From: an uncultured Nitrospiraceae bacterium
Lineage (GTDB): Bacteria; Nitrospirota; Nitrospiria; Nitrospirales; Nitrospiraceae
Length of the DNA stretch: 64,000 bases
Assembly: GCA_963846575.1 (NCBI GenBank)
Contig: CAWJWJ010000002.1
Location: 2,816,001 to 2,880,000 of the forward strand
Reading direction: 5' to 3'
Shown piece after piece: positions 39,201 to 49,590 of this stretch. The notes beneath the pieces are model-generated. The model ran no database searches. It saw only the letters and a list, made by a program, of their open reading frames with translations, and was not told the DNA's origin. Both the position numbers and the translations under genes were made by a program. How positions within the stretch are numbered: position 1 is the first letter of the stretch; each line of letters starts with the position of its first letter.

Positions 39201-39359
39201 CCCGGGGTAAAACGTCATCACCTGAATGGTCGGGTAGTCGACTTGCGGAAGCGCGGAGACCGGCAACTGGCGGTAGGCCACGGCCCCGACGAGCAGGATG
39301 GCAATCATCGTCAGGACCGTTGCGACCGGTCGCACGATGAACAGCCTCGAAGGGTTCAC
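36246..39359 (-). pseudogene. mdtB: RND efflux permease MdtB-like, broken by two frameshifts (about 38065 and 37308)
   Basis: Three overlapping ORF pieces (37974..39359, 37115..38068, 36246..37307) join to a full MNPSRLFI... protein; the total span stays a multiple of 3. Confidence 0.85.
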
Positions 39360-40591
39360 GTCCGCTTCCCCGGTTGTACCGGCGCGGGGCCGGGGGCCGG
39401 ACCTCCCTGACTCGCCGGGACGGCCCCGGGCGCCGGCCGGAGTTCGACCTTGCTGCCCTCGCGTAATTTCTCGGTCCCGTCCACGACGACCTGCTCACCG
39501 GAGGTTAGGCCGCGGTCGATGGAGGATTCTTCTCCCTGCGTCACACCTACCGCGACGTCGCGCACGGTCACGGTCTGATCCTCTTTCACCACATACACGA
39601 AGGGCCCCTTGGGTCCCCGCTGAACGGAGGCGGAAGGTATCAACACCACATCCCGTTTGACATCCAGCAACAGGCGGGCGTTGACGAACTGATTGGGAAA
39701 GAGCTCGCTGTCGTCGTTCGGAAACACGGCCTTCAGCCGGACCGTCCCGGTGGTCGGATCGATTTGATTATCCACGGTCAGCAGGGTTCCGGTCGCCAGC
39801 TTCTCCTTCTGCTCGCGATCGAACGCCTCGACGGTCAGCTGCTTTCCCTGCCTCAGCTGTTCGAACACGGCGGGAAGATGATCCTCCGCCAGGGTGAACA
39901 CGACCGTAATCGGTTGCAGTTGCGTGATGACCAGGAGCCCGTTGGAATCGTTCGCGCGCACGATGTTCCCTGCATCCACGAGACGGAGCCCCACCCGTCC
40001 ATTGATGGGAGCGGTAATGTTGGCATAGGTGAGCTGCAGCTTGGCATTGTCGATCTGCCCCTGGTCGGCCTTCACGACCCCTTCCAGTTGCCGCACCATC
40101 GCCGCCTGAGTATCGAGCTGTTGCTTGGGGATGAAATTCTGTTTGTAGAGGTCCTTGTAGCGCTGCAGATCCAGTTGCGCATTGGTCAATTGCGCCTGGT
40201 CGCGAGCCATCTGGCCCTCGGCCTGCAGCAATTGTACTTCATAAGGGCGTGCATCGATCTGGGCCAGGAGGTCGCCCTTGCGCACGAGCTGGCCCTCCTT
40301 GAAGAGCACCTTCATCAACTGGCCGTCGACGAGACTCTTGACCGTGACCGTGTTCATGGGGATGACCGATCCGAGGCCGTTCAAATAGATACTGATTTCG
40401 CCGGTCCTGGCGGTGGCGGCCACGACGGGCGTGCTTCGCGCCCCCTGTGTGCCACGCCTCTGCGCCCCCTGCGGTTGCGCCTCGTCGGATCTGGTCATCA
40501 CCGCATAGGTCCCCAGGGCGAGTATGCAGGCTGCGGACAAACCGATGAGCCAGCGCTTCACTGAGGACACGAATGAGATCGACTCCGCCAT
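39356..40591 (-). CDS. mdtA: RND membrane fusion protein, MdtA-like
   Basis: [37 protein letters not shown]; start placed at ATG 40591. Confidence 0.9.
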   Translation of the reverse strand: MAESISFVSSVKRWLIGLSAACILALGTYAVMTRSDEAQPQGAQRRGTQGARSTPVVAATARTGEISIYLNGLGSVIPMNTVTVKSLVDGQLMKVLFKEGQLVRKGDLLAQIDARPYEVQLLQAEGQMARDQAQLTNAQLDLQRYKDLYKQNFIPKQQLDTQAAMVRQLEGVVKADQGQIDNAKLQLTYANITAPINGRVGLRLVDAGNIVRANDSNGLLVITQLQPITVVFTLAEDHLPAVFEQLRQGKQLTVEAFDREQKEKLATGTLLTVDNQIDPTTGTVRLKAVFPNDDSELFPNQFVNARLLLDVKRDVVLIPSASVQRGPKGPFVYVVKEDQTVTVRDVAVGVTQGEESSIDRGLTSGEQVVVDGTEKLREGSKVELRPAPGAVPASQGGPAPGPAPVQPGKRT

Positions 40592-40933
40592 ACCGCTATT
40601 CCTTCCGTCCCATTGTATCCTGCGCTTGCTGTAAAGAGTCGCTGGTCCTGGGAGACGCCGTTGAAGCCGGCATGCAATCTGGAGATGTTCCGCATCATAC
40701 CCTATCTGCCCCCGCGACCACAGAAGCCTGGTTGACCGTCCCGCACATGGCCGGAACGCGGCCACGGGCGCCAACGACATTCAAGCATAGGCCCCCCGGA
40801 AGGGGCTGCCTCCGGATGACCGGTCTGAAACAAGAACATCCTCATTGCGGCGCACCGGGGCAGGAACGCGATCAGTTCGTGCAGTCCATCGGCCAGCCCG
40901 GCCACAATCAGGTTGAGGGAGAGATGAATGACT

Positions 40934-41827
40934 CTACCGCCAGCACTCTTTCACGACGGCCCTGACCTGATCGGCCAGCGCCCGGACGGCACCGCTGTGA
41001 TACCCGCCTTTCTTCCACAGGAGCCCGACCGCGCGGCGCGGGGTCGGATGCCTGAGTGGAATGCCCCGGAGCGCACGATTGCGATCGAGCCCCAGGGACA
41101 ATCGCGGCAGGATCGTCGCAAGCTTACTCGTCCGTACGGTAGCCAGAATGCCTTCGATGGAATTCATTTCTACGATGATATTCGGTTGGATGCCGGCCTT
41201 GGCAAAACTCGCATTCAGTAACCGGCGCGTACAAAAGATGCCTGGCAGGAGAATCAGGGGCTCGTCCCCCAGGGCCGAGAGCGAGAGGATCCGTCGCTTG
41301 GACAAACGATGGCGCGGGGACGTGATCAAGACAAAATCTTCCTCGAACATCGTCTGGCTCTCGAGCCGCTCGGAGGTGACCGGCACGAATCCAATACCCA
41401 CGTCCAGCAACCCGCTTTTCACACCGGATTCAATATCGGGACCGGACAGCTCATCCAGCCGTAACGCGACGTGAGGGTGGAGACTCGAGAAGCGGGACAC
41501 GATTTCGGGCACCAGATAGGCGTTCACCGTTTGAACCACACCGACCGCGAGGGTCCCGCTCTGCAGACCTTCCGCCTCGGCAATCGCCACTTGGGCCAGT
41601 TCCATCTCCCGCAACGCGCGCCGGGCATGCTCCCGGAAGATCTCTCCCGCCCGCGTCAGTTGCACTGAACGTCCGACACGATCAAAGAGCGGCACCCCGA
41701 CTTCCTGTTCCAACTGCTTGACCTGTGCAGACAGGGCCGGCTGCGAGACGGGTAGCCCCTCCGCGGCCTTGGTGAAATGAAGGGCGTCCGCCACGGCGAG
41801 AAAATACCGGAGATGTCGGAATTCCAT
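40934..41827 (-). CDS. LysR-family regulator (CynR-like)
   Basis: LRYFLAVA...HFTKAAE..VSQPALS.Q.K.LE HTH. Confidence 0.95.
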   Translation of the reverse strand: MEFRHLRYFLAVADALHFTKAAEGLPVSQPALSAQVKQLEQEVGVPLFDRVGRSVQLTRAGEIFREHARRALREMELAQVAIAEAEGLQSGTLAVGVVQTVNAYLVPEIVSRFSSLHPHVALRLDELSGPDIESGVKSGLLDVGIGFVPVTSERLESQTMFEEDFVLITSPRHRLSKRRILSLSALGDEPLILLPGIFCTRRLLNASFAKAGIQPNIIVEMNSIEGILATVRTSKLATILPRLSLGLDRNRALRGIPLRHPTPRRAVGLLWKKGGYHSGAVRALADQVRAVVKECWR

Positions 41828-41838
41828 GGGCTCTTCTT

Positions 41839-41856
41839 ATCATAACTAGAACTGAT
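41839..41856. promoter_or_regulatory. Candidate LysR T-N11-A site in the divergent promoter
   Basis: atcataactagaactgat with ATCA/TGAT arms in the AT-rich intergenic segment. Confidence 0.4.
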
Positions 41857-41936
41857 CAATCTAATCAGAAGAAACGCTTTGACGCACCCTTCGGCAGGAC
41901 GCTAGGTTGATCAGGCAGATAACCATGGAGCCCTTG

Positions 41937-42761
41937 ATGACTATGATACAGCCTGATGAGGCCGGCACGGTGGCTACGCTATGGCGCTACCCCGTCAAAT
42001 CGATGCGCGGTGAAGAATTAAATGCGGCGGAGATCACCCTGAAGGGGATGGCAGGCGACCGGAGCTACGCTGTCGTCGATGCCTCAAACGGCAAGATCGC
42101 CAGCGCCAAACATCCGAAAAAATGGGGACGCCTGTTCGACTGTCGCGCGGTCCTGGCACCGATGCACACGAATGGCAAGGAGGGCCCCCTGTACGTGATG
42201 TTTCCGGACGGAACCTGGACCACGGGCGGGTCAGCGGACATCGAAACCCGGCTCTCGGCCATACTGGGTCGAGCCGTCCGCCTCACTGGCGTCGTCCCGG
42301 CCTCGCCTCAGCTCGAAGAGTATTGGCCTGACGTACAGGGACGCGCCAGACAGAATGCCGTCACGGATGAAGCCATGCCGGCCGGTACGTTCTTCGATAG
42401 CGCGCTCGTGCACCTCATGACCACCTCCAGCCTGGACGCCCTCAGAGGGCTGTACCCGGCAGGCCGTTTCGAAACGCGGCGGTTTCGACCGAACCTGGTC
42501 GTGGCATCGGCCCAGACGGCGCCGCCCTTCGTCGAAAACGAATGGATCAACCGGACCCTGGCGATCGGCGAAGAGGTCCGGGTGAAGGTGACTGGTCCCT
42601 GCGCGCGTTGCGTCATGACAACCCTGCCGCAAGGAGACTTACCGGAAGATCCCGGCATTCTCCGGACGGCCGTGCAGCACAATCGCGCCGCCGTGGGCGT
42701 CTACGCGACAGTCGTAACACCTGGTCGAGTAGTTCGAGGAGACCGGGTCCGGCTTCTGTAA
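41937..42761 (+). CDS. MOSC domain protein with N-terminal beta-barrel (YcbX-like)
   Basis: LWRYPVKSM.GE, GDR, RRFRPNLVV, PCARCVMTT. Confidence 0.92.
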   Translation: MTMIQPDEAGTVATLWRYPVKSMRGEELNAAEITLKGMAGDRSYAVVDASNGKIASAKHPKKWGRLFDCRAVLAPMHTNGKEGPLYVMFPDGTWTTGGSADIETRLSAILGRAVRLTGVVPASPQLEEYWPDVQGRARQNAVTDEAMPAGTFFDSALVHLMTTSSLDALRGLYPAGRFETRRFRPNLVVASAQTAPPFVENEWINRTLAIGEEVRVKVTGPCARCVMTTLPQGDLPEDPGILRTAVQHNRAAVGVYATVVTPGRVVRGDRVRLL

Positions 42762-42783
42762 GTCTCACCCGGCGTGGCTCATC

Positions 42784-43521
42784 ATGAGGACAGAGCACAG
42801 CACCCGCACGATCACCGGACTGTTGCAGTCCATCCAGATCGGGCTCCCGCGATCGGCACCATCCACTGATGGTGCCGACTCTGCGGAGCGGACCTGGACG
42901 ACGGGGATTTATAAATCACCGGCGCAGGGCCCCGTCTGGCTCAGCCGGAGCAATCTGGCAGGAGACGGGCAGGCAGACCTCGTTCACCATGGAGGACTCG
43001 ACAAGGCGGTGTGCGCCTACCCGGCGGCACACTGGCCCCATTGGACTTCCGTGCTCCCCCCTGACCAGCTCCGTGGAGGGGCGTTCGGAGAAAATTTCAC
43101 GCTGGCACAACTCACGGAAACAGAGGTCTGCATCGGGGACGTGTATTCGGTCGGCTCGGCTATCATTCAAATCTCTCAACCACGCCAGCCCTGCTGGAAA
43201 CTTACCCGCCGGTGGCAGATCAAGGACCTTGCGCTCCAGGTTGAACGGCTGGGCTTCACGGGCTGGTATTTTCGTGTCCTCCAGGAAGGGTTTGTCGATA
43301 CCCGTCAATCCCTTCACCTCATCGACCGCCCTTGTCCCGAATGGACGGTCGCGGCGGCCAACCGCGTCATGCATCATGAGCGGCAGGACCGCACTGCCGC
43401 CGAACGATTAAGCCTCTGCAGTCTCCTCTCTGCCAGCTGGCAGCGGACCCTGCGCCAACGTGCGCTGACGGGGGCGGAACCGACGCACCAGCGACGGCAC
43501 GTTGATGTCGGGCACTCTTAA
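42784..43521 (+). CDS. MOSC domain protein (YiiM-like)
   Basis: GD.QAD..HHGG.DKAV, FGENF, SQPRQPCWKL, TGWYFRVL.EG. Confidence 0.92.
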   Translation: MRTEHSTRTITGLLQSIQIGLPRSAPSTDGADSAERTWTTGIYKSPAQGPVWLSRSNLAGDGQADLVHHGGLDKAVCAYPAAHWPHWTSVLPPDQLRGGAFGENFTLAQLTETEVCIGDVYSVGSAIIQISQPRQPCWKLTRRWQIKDLALQVERLGFTGWYFRVLQEGFVDTRQSLHLIDRPCPEWTVAAANRVMHHERQDRTAAERLSLCSLLSASWQRTLRQRALTGAEPTHQRRHVDVGHS

Positions 43522-43538
43522 CTTTACAGGAGGTTCCC

Positions 43539-43877
43539 ATGAATCGTGTGTTCCTCGCGGCCTGTATCCTGACCCTCGGCGCTGCCGTGGCCCTGAGTTC
43601 AAGCGGTGCAACGCAAGGTCCGGCAAGCATCAGCATTCTCTCGCCTCACAACGGTGAGACTGTGAAGAACACGTTTGCCATCACCTATGAAATCCTCAAT
43701 GCTCCCAAGAATAATCATGCGCATGTCTATCTGGATGGCACCTATCAGAAGGGATTCAAGGGGACCTTTACCCATGTGCCGAAGGGCGAACACACCATTA
43801 CGGTCAAGGTTGCCGATCACGACCATAAAGATGCAGATCTGGCAACGGACAGCATCACGGTCAAGGTCGCCGATTAG
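43539..43877 (+). CDS. Small exported Ig-like, His-rich protein
   Basis: AGGAGG RBS, signal peptide, I.SP.NGE, HAHVYLDG, GEHTITV..ADHDH. Confidence 0.8.
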   Translation: MNRVFLAACILTLGAAVALSSSGATQGPASISILSPHNGETVKNTFAITYEILNAPKNNHAHVYLDGTYQKGFKGTFTHVPKGEHTITVKVADHDHKDADLATDSITVKVAD

Positions 43878-43914
43878 CTCACAGCTACGATGCCGCGCGT
43901 CGGACAGCGCGCCG

Positions 43915-44583
43915 CTACGGTCCGCCCTGAGTCGACGCACGATTCGTGCTGCTCTGCAGGTCCATGTCAAACATGACCGGCCCGGCGGGATTCTTCGGAT
44001 CGAGTTGGATCGGCATGCGGTCGGCCGCCAATTTGACCAATGGCACCGCCACGATATGAGTGGCCTTGTCCGACGGGTTCGAATGAAGCGCCAAGCGGAT
44101 TGTCTTCGGACGGTGCTCCGGGGCCACCTGATTGATGAGATCCATCGACACAAATCCCACCAGCATTCCGCTCCCATCGGCTAATTTATGAACCTCATAC
44201 GCATTGGCCCCAGGCGCCGATCGTTCTAAAGCGAGGTCCGGGCTCCGCGTGACTAACACGAGCCCTAACGGCCTCGGCTCAATGAAACCATAGGCGCCGG
44301 TCGGCGCTTGGGAGAACATCACTTTCGGGGTCGAGGCGCTGAGTTCGAGCACTCCGGTCTTGGTACGGAGTTGTCGTCGTAACTCCGCTTCACTGCCTGT
44401 CGTCTCGATGAATACCGCTGCAGGAGCGGCTTTTTGCACCGGTAGCACTTCGGTCTTGCCTCCTCCCCTTGCCGCCGCAAGCGGAATCGGAAGGAGCCCC
44501 GTGAACAACAGGCCGAGCAGGCCCGCGGCAACCAGGCGATGGGGACAAACGAGTTTAGTCACGTCAGCAAGGGCATGATGCAT
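43915..44583 (-). CDS. Exported hypothetical protein
   Basis: Signal-peptide-like N-terminus; normal globular composition. Confidence 0.7.
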   Translation of the reverse strand: MHHALADVTKLVCPHRLVAAGLLGLLFTGLLPIPLAAARGGGKTEVLPVQKAAPAAVFIETTGSEAELRRQLRTKTGVLELSASTPKVMFSQAPTGAYGFIEPRPLGLVLVTRSPDLALERSAPGANAYEVHKLADGSGMLVGFVSMDLINQVAPEHRPKTIRLALHSNPSDKATHIVAVPLVKLAADRMPIQLDPKNPAGPVMFDMDLQSSTNRASTQGGP

Positions 44584-44745
44584 AACTGCAGATCCTCCTC
44601 AACGGTACGGTCTTGTCGGAGGATTCTAAGAAGCCGCCGGTGGAAAATCAAACCGGCAGGAACAGAACGGAAGGCGTGCAAGCTGGGGCTGCCCATCACC
44701 TGTCCCGTCCATGGTCCTGCTTCGCGTCCGCTGGTCACGAACACA

Positions 44746-45186
44746 TCACGGGTAGAAACTGAACCGGCGGTTGGCGATGGCGCGCGCGACGGAAGCGAGC
44801 ATTCGGTCCCGCTCTGCCGGTTTCTCCAGGTATTCCACAACACCTTCCTTGAGCAGGGAGAAGGCCAGCTGTTCATCATGGTATCCGGTCAGGACAATCA
44901 CCGGCAGGGAGGGGTACTGGGCGCGAAAATAGCTGATCGCCTCCACTCCGTTGATACGGGGCATTCGGATATCACAAATGATGACATCCACCATCAGCGG
45001 ATTATCACCGCTGTTCAATAGTTCGACCGCCTTTCCACCGTCCTCGGCTTCCTCCACATCGTACCCTGCTTGGACTAGCATCATCCGCAACAGACTTCGA
45101 ATTGATTCCTCGTCGTCCACCACCAGCACTCGCCCCAGACATTGTTTGTCACCCGTGCTGAGTCCAAACGGCCAGGCCATCCCCAT
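44746..45186 (-). CDS. Single-domain response regulator
   Basis: VLVVDDE, CDIRMP, LTG, YLEKP; GAGGAGG RBS before ATG 45186. Confidence 0.92.
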   Translation of the reverse strand: MGMAWPFGLSTGDKQCLGRVLVVDDEESIRSLLRMMLVQAGYDVEEAEDGGKAVELLNSGDNPLMVDVIICDIRMPRINGVEAISYFRAQYPSLPVIVLTGYHDEQLAFSLLKEGVVEYLEKPAERDRMLASVARAIANRRFSFYP

Positions 45187-45554
45187 GGGCAACCTCCTCT
45201 CTCTCCCAACATCGTGTTCTCCCTGTCTGAACTGCAAGGACGACGCCCTGAGGATGCTCGAGCGCGGGCATGTGAAATCAGCTGGTTAGAGAGGACGGAC
45301 CCTCTCGAGCGAGGTTGTGTGGAACCCCTCTGGTGGAGGCGCACCACCAGCGGTGTAAATGAACCACCTCGGCCGGCCGAGTGGGAGGGGCAGGCCTCAT
45401 CACGGTATCGGCCCCTGACCGCACGCGGCCCGGTTCAACAGGGTTCGGTGCGACAGCTGTGCCACGCTCGCGTTGGGTGATCGCCGGGCAACCGGAGGCG
45501 AGAGAGGCACATCATTTCACGGGGGAACTGATCGCAGGACAACGCGGAAGGGTC

Positions 45555-46292
45555 TCATCGGGCGTCGTGAAAAATCACCCCGGCCGCGTAGCGATGGCCT
45601 GAGATGAGACGACTTACGCCATGCCGCAGGGTGACGCGGTAATACCCCCGCGCACCTTGGAGGGGACGGTGCCGCACCGCGAAGACGACGGCGTCACCCT
45701 GTCGAAGCGGCACTACCATCGGCCGGGATTGCATCCGCGGGCGCTGCTCGGTCATCACGAACTCGCCGCCGGTGAAATCCTGTCCCGGCCGGGAGAGCAG
45801 AAGCGTCACCTGGAGCGGGAACACATGCTCGCCGTAAAGATCCTGATGCAGGCAATTGAAATCATCCCGACCGTACCGCAGGAGGAGCGGCGTCGGTTTG
45901 ACCTGTCCGTCCCGGTGGCAACGCGAGAGAAACTCCGCATGCCGGTCGGGAAATCGCACGTCGATGCCCATCGCCTCATTCCACCGATTGGCAGTCGGCA
46001 CGAGATGAGGGTAGAGCGCGGTTCGCAAACCGGCGATAGGGTCGGGCAGCGGATAGGCAAAATATTTATACTCCCCTCGCCCGAACCCATGCCGTCCCAT
46101 CACGACATGGCTGCGGAACAGTTCCTCCTGCCGGTAGAGCGCCGCCAGCGCCTCACATTCGTGCGTCGACAAGAGTCCCTCAGCCAAAGCGTAGCCCTGC
46201 CCGTCGAGATCGCGCGACATCCGGTCCCATTCGATTCGCTCCACGCGCTCCGCGACGTGGAAGGGTGATCCCGTCATGCCGCTCCCGGTCAC
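45555..46292 (-). CDS. 2OG-Fe(II) oxygenase (DUF2086-type)
   Basis: HGFGRGEYKYF, LHQDLYGE, GGEFV.TEQRPRMQSR, RHGVS, IFHDA. Confidence 0.9.
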   Translation of the reverse strand: MTGSGMTGSPFHVAERVERIEWDRMSRDLDGQGYALAEGLLSTHECEALAALYRQEELFRSHVVMGRHGFGRGEYKYFAYPLPDPIAGLRTALYPHLVPTANRWNEAMGIDVRFPDRHAEFLSRCHRDGQVKPTPLLLRYGRDDFNCLHQDLYGEHVFPLQVTLLLSRPGQDFTGGEFVMTEQRPRMQSRPMVVPLRQGDAVVFAVRHRPLQGARGYYRVTLRHGVSRLISGHRYAAGVIFHDAR

Positions 46293-46496
46293 GTGCGAGT
46301 CTCCCGGTCAAGGGCTGTGCATTGGCCCGTCATGTGCCAGCGTAACCCGACCAGTTGCCGTCCTGCCGTCGACGTATGCGGTCTCGCCAACGCCCGCCTC
46401 GGGGTTTCAACAACGATGTGCCGGCGGAATCCGCCCAAGGTACTCTCGACGAGCCGGCAGACTCCGGGTCCGACCAGCTGCGACCGCTGACAGCCG

Positions 46497-46883
46497 TCAC
46501 CGTGTCTGCAGGGGCCGCGATAGCTCGAGCAAAGAGGCCCCCAAACCGCTCCTGTCCTGAGCCGCGAGAAGCTCGTACCGTTCCTGTGCGAGCAGGGAAA
46601 ACTCAGGCCGGCGCTCAGGAGCGACAGCCAACAGCTCGCTCGCCGCCTCCAGGTATTCGCCCCGCCCCTTTGCCAGGTCGTCTTTGAGATTCTCCATGTT
46701 GCTCGCCAGAAACACATCCATCTTATGCTCGGCTTTCGGCAACCCGTCACGGCTGTACCAGTCTCCGGGGGAAGTCGACGAGAGGAAATCGTTGATGGTC
46801 TCGGTGGTCGAGCAGCCACTGAGCGTGACGCTCAGCAACGGAATCATCAGCAGCTTGGACAGCGTCAATCTCGAGCAGGACAT
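46497..46883 (-). CDS. DUF3015-like lipoprotein
   Basis: AAAGGAG RBS; lipobox LSG-C; SSTS..., N.ENLK.D.A.G.GEYL. Confidence 0.75.
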   Translation of the reverse strand: MSCSRLTLSKLLMIPLLSVTLSGCSTTETINDFLSSTSPGDWYSRDGLPKAEHKMDVFLASNMENLKDDLAKGRGEYLEAASELLAVAPERRPEFSLLAQERYELLAAQDRSGLGASLLELSRPLQTR

Positions 46884-47240
46884 GACAGGTCTCCTTTCGT
46901 GCATGAGATGGACTTTCAGCGACCCTTCGGCGCTCCGACCTGATTTCCCGCAGCAGGCCTCCTCCAGCATAGGAGGGTGAATGAGTCTATTCAAAGGTTT
47001 TTCGGGCCTCTCTCTGTTGGCCGGAGCCGCAGATCCACCGGTTGCCGGGCACCTGCCACTTGATCAGCGCCGTCACGCCGGATATAGTCGAATGCCGGTC
47101 ATGCCGGTTTCTTCCTTCGTTCAGAATGACCTGTTGCGCCAGTGGCGCAGCGCCGGTTGTCGGCACGCGTCATGGTCTCATGCTGACACCCTTTCCCGCG
47201 CGCGAACCCGACACGGTGATCAACCGGAGTCTGATGCACG

Positions 47241-48596
47241 ATGCCAGATACCCTGCCCGGTCCCCATTCCCCGATTCCAGCCTCTGACTTTCAAACCCTC
47301 TTTGAATCGGCACCAGGACTCTACCTGGTCTTGACTCCGGACTTCCGGACCGTGGCGGTCAGCGATGCCTATCTGAAGGCGACCCTCACGAAACGGAGCG
47401 AAATCCTGGGGCGGGATCTCTTCGAGGTCTTTCCAGACAATCCCGATGATCTTCACGCCACCGGAACCACGAACCTGCGCGCGTCCTTGAACCGGGTCAT
47501 ACAGCAGCGTATCCCGGATGCCATGGCGGTGCAAAAGTACGACATTCGGCGACCGGAGTCCGAGGGGGGTGGATTTGAAGAACGCTATTGGAGTCCGGTG
47601 AACTCCCCCGTGTTCGGGAAGGACGGGCACCTGTGCTATCTCATTCACCGCGTCGAAGACATCACCGAGTTCATCCGACTCAAACAGCGAGGATACGAAC
47701 AGCACCACGCGACTCAAGAGCTGCAGACGCGTGCGCTGGAAATGGAGATCGAAATCTTCCAACGCGCGCAGCAGCTTCAGGAGGTCAACAGTCAACTCCG
47801 CGATGAATTGGCGGCGCGCCGGCAAGCGGAACAGGCGTTGCGGCGGGCGCAGGAAGAACTCGAAGCCCGTGTGGCCGCACGGACAGCGGATCTTTCCCTC
47901 AAGACCCGCGACCTCGAAACGCTGCTCTACGTGACCTCACACGATTTGCGGGAGCCACTCCGATCGATTTCAAATTTCTCCCTGATGGTTCACGACCGGT
48001 ATGCGGCACAACTCGACGACAAAGGCCGTGATTTTCTGCGGCGTATCATCCGTGCGGCACAACGGATGGATCAGTTGATGGCGGATATCCTCGCAGTCTC
48101 GCGCGTGCAGCGGATGGAACTGCTCACGGAGGAGGTGGACGGTGAAAGCCTCGTGCGAGAGGCGCTGCGTCAGCTCGAAGACAAGGTCCGGGAAACCGGT
48201 GCCGTCGTACGCGTGCTCCCGGGTCTCCCCCGACTGAAGGTCAATCGCACATGGGCGACCCAAGGGATGTATAATCTGCTGGTCAATGCGTTGAAATTCC
48301 GCCTGAACGGCGAACCGCCGGATGTGGAGGTGGATGCCTACCGGGCGGAAGGCCTAGAGATTGCGGCGAACGGCATCGTCATCCGGGATCGCGGTCCCGG
48401 TGTGTTGCCTGAGCATGCGGAGCGGATTTTTCAGCTTTTCCAGCGCATGGTCGGCCGGGAAATCGAAGGTACCGGGGCAGGGCTGGCCATTGTCCGACAA
48501 GTCGCCGAGCGCCACGGCGGACGGGCGTGGGTCGAGCCCCGACCGGGTGGCGGCTCTCAATTCATCGTGACATTCGGAGCGCCGAACCCGGCATGA
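47241..48596 (+). CDS. PAS-domain histidine kinase
   Basis: LFESAPGLYLVL PAS domain, SHDLREPL H-box, GTGAGL. Confidence 0.93.
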   Translation: MPDTLPGPHSPIPASDFQTLFESAPGLYLVLTPDFRTVAVSDAYLKATLTKRSEILGRDLFEVFPDNPDDLHATGTTNLRASLNRVIQQRIPDAMAVQKYDIRRPESEGGGFEERYWSPVNSPVFGKDGHLCYLIHRVEDITEFIRLKQRGYEQHHATQELQTRALEMEIEIFQRAQQLQEVNSQLRDELAARRQAEQALRRAQEELEARVAARTADLSLKTRDLETLLYVTSHDLREPLRSISNFSLMVHDRYAAQLDDKGRDFLRRIIRAAQRMDQLMADILAVSRVQRMELLTEEVDGESLVREALRQLEDKVRETGAVVRVLPGLPRLKVNRTWATQGMYNLLVNALKFRLNGEPPDVEVDAYRAEGLEIAANGIVIRDRGPGVLPEHAERIFQLFQRMVGREIEGTGAGLAIVRQVAERHGGRAWVEPRPGGGSQFIVTFGAPNPA

Positions 48597-49039
48597 CACA
48601 CAGGGCCTCGAAACAAGCACTCGAGATCCTGCTGGTGGAAGACAATGAGGACGATATTCTGATCGTGCAGGAAGCGTTTGCGGACATGAACCGCGCCATT
48701 ATGGTCAGCGCGGTCCGGGATGGTGAAGAAGCCCTGCGGTATCTCCGGCGTGAAGGACACTATTCCTCCAGCCCCACCCCGGATGCCGTGCTTCTGGACA
48801 TCAACATGCCCAAAAAGAACGGCTTTGAGGTGCTGGCAGCGCTGAAGCAGGAACCGGCTTTCCATTCCCTGCCGGTCATCATGCTGACCATGAGTGAACG
48901 GGAAGAGGACGTGGTTCGCGCCTATGCGCAGGGAGCCCGCTCGTATATCCAAAAGCCGGTGGACTTAAACGAGTTTAAAACCCAGCTCAGCCGATTTCAT
49001 GATTATTGGACCCAGGTCTCGCGACTTCCCCTCCTCTGA
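48593..49039 (+). CDS. Response regulator (Rcp1-like)
   Basis: ATGA overlap; ILLVEDN, LLDINMPKKNGFEVL, SYIQKP. Confidence 0.93.
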   Translation: MTHRASKQALEILLVEDNEDDILIVQEAFADMNRAIMVSAVRDGEEALRYLRREGHYSSSPTPDAVLLDINMPKKNGFEVLAALKQEPAFHSLPVIMLTMSEREEDVVRAYAQGARSYIQKPVDLNEFKTQLSRFHDYWTQVSRLPLL

Positions 49040-49182
49040 ACTACCGACGCCCTTGCGATTCGTCCTGCCGCTTGCCCGGACTCCCGTCAATATTCGCCTC
49101 TGACACCGGTGCGCGACCGGAGTCATCGCACAAGGAGGGAAGCTGAGCCCCAGCCGGCACATGCGCCCACGAGGTGACGGTG

Positions 49183-49362
49183 TCACGTCGTCAGTTTTCG
49201 CGCGACCACAATTCCTGCGACGAGAAACGTGAAGAAGATCGCCAGGAATATGTAGAACAGGATCTTAGCCACGTCGGCGGCTCCCTCGGCCACTCCGGTA
49301 AATCCGAATGCCGCCGCCACCATGGCAATCACAAAAAATATGGCCGCCCATTTGAGAAACAT
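49183..49362 (-). CDS. DUF1328 (UPF0391) small membrane protein, 59 aa; absent from the ORF track
   Basis: MFLKWAAIFFVIAMVAAAFGFTGVAEGAADVAKILFYIFL...; GGAGG RBS. Confidence 0.9.
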   Translation of the reverse strand: MFLKWAAIFFVIAMVAAAFGFTGVAEGAADVAKILFYIFLAIFFTFLVAGIVVARKLTT

Positions 49363-49590
49363 AAGCCCTCCACCTCATGAGAGTTACGCGAACCGGGTAC
49401 CTCGATGGGCATCGGCGGCACAAACCCGGAGCGCCCCATCCATCACCGTCACATCAACGCCATCCTACTCCCGGGCCGAACCGGTGCCACTGGGGGAATC
49501 CCTGGCCGGTTGCCTTAAATATATTGGAACAGGCCGGCTCCCCGTAGTCCCGCGAGTTAACGCGCCTCCCGGGTCCCCGGCTTGAGATGT

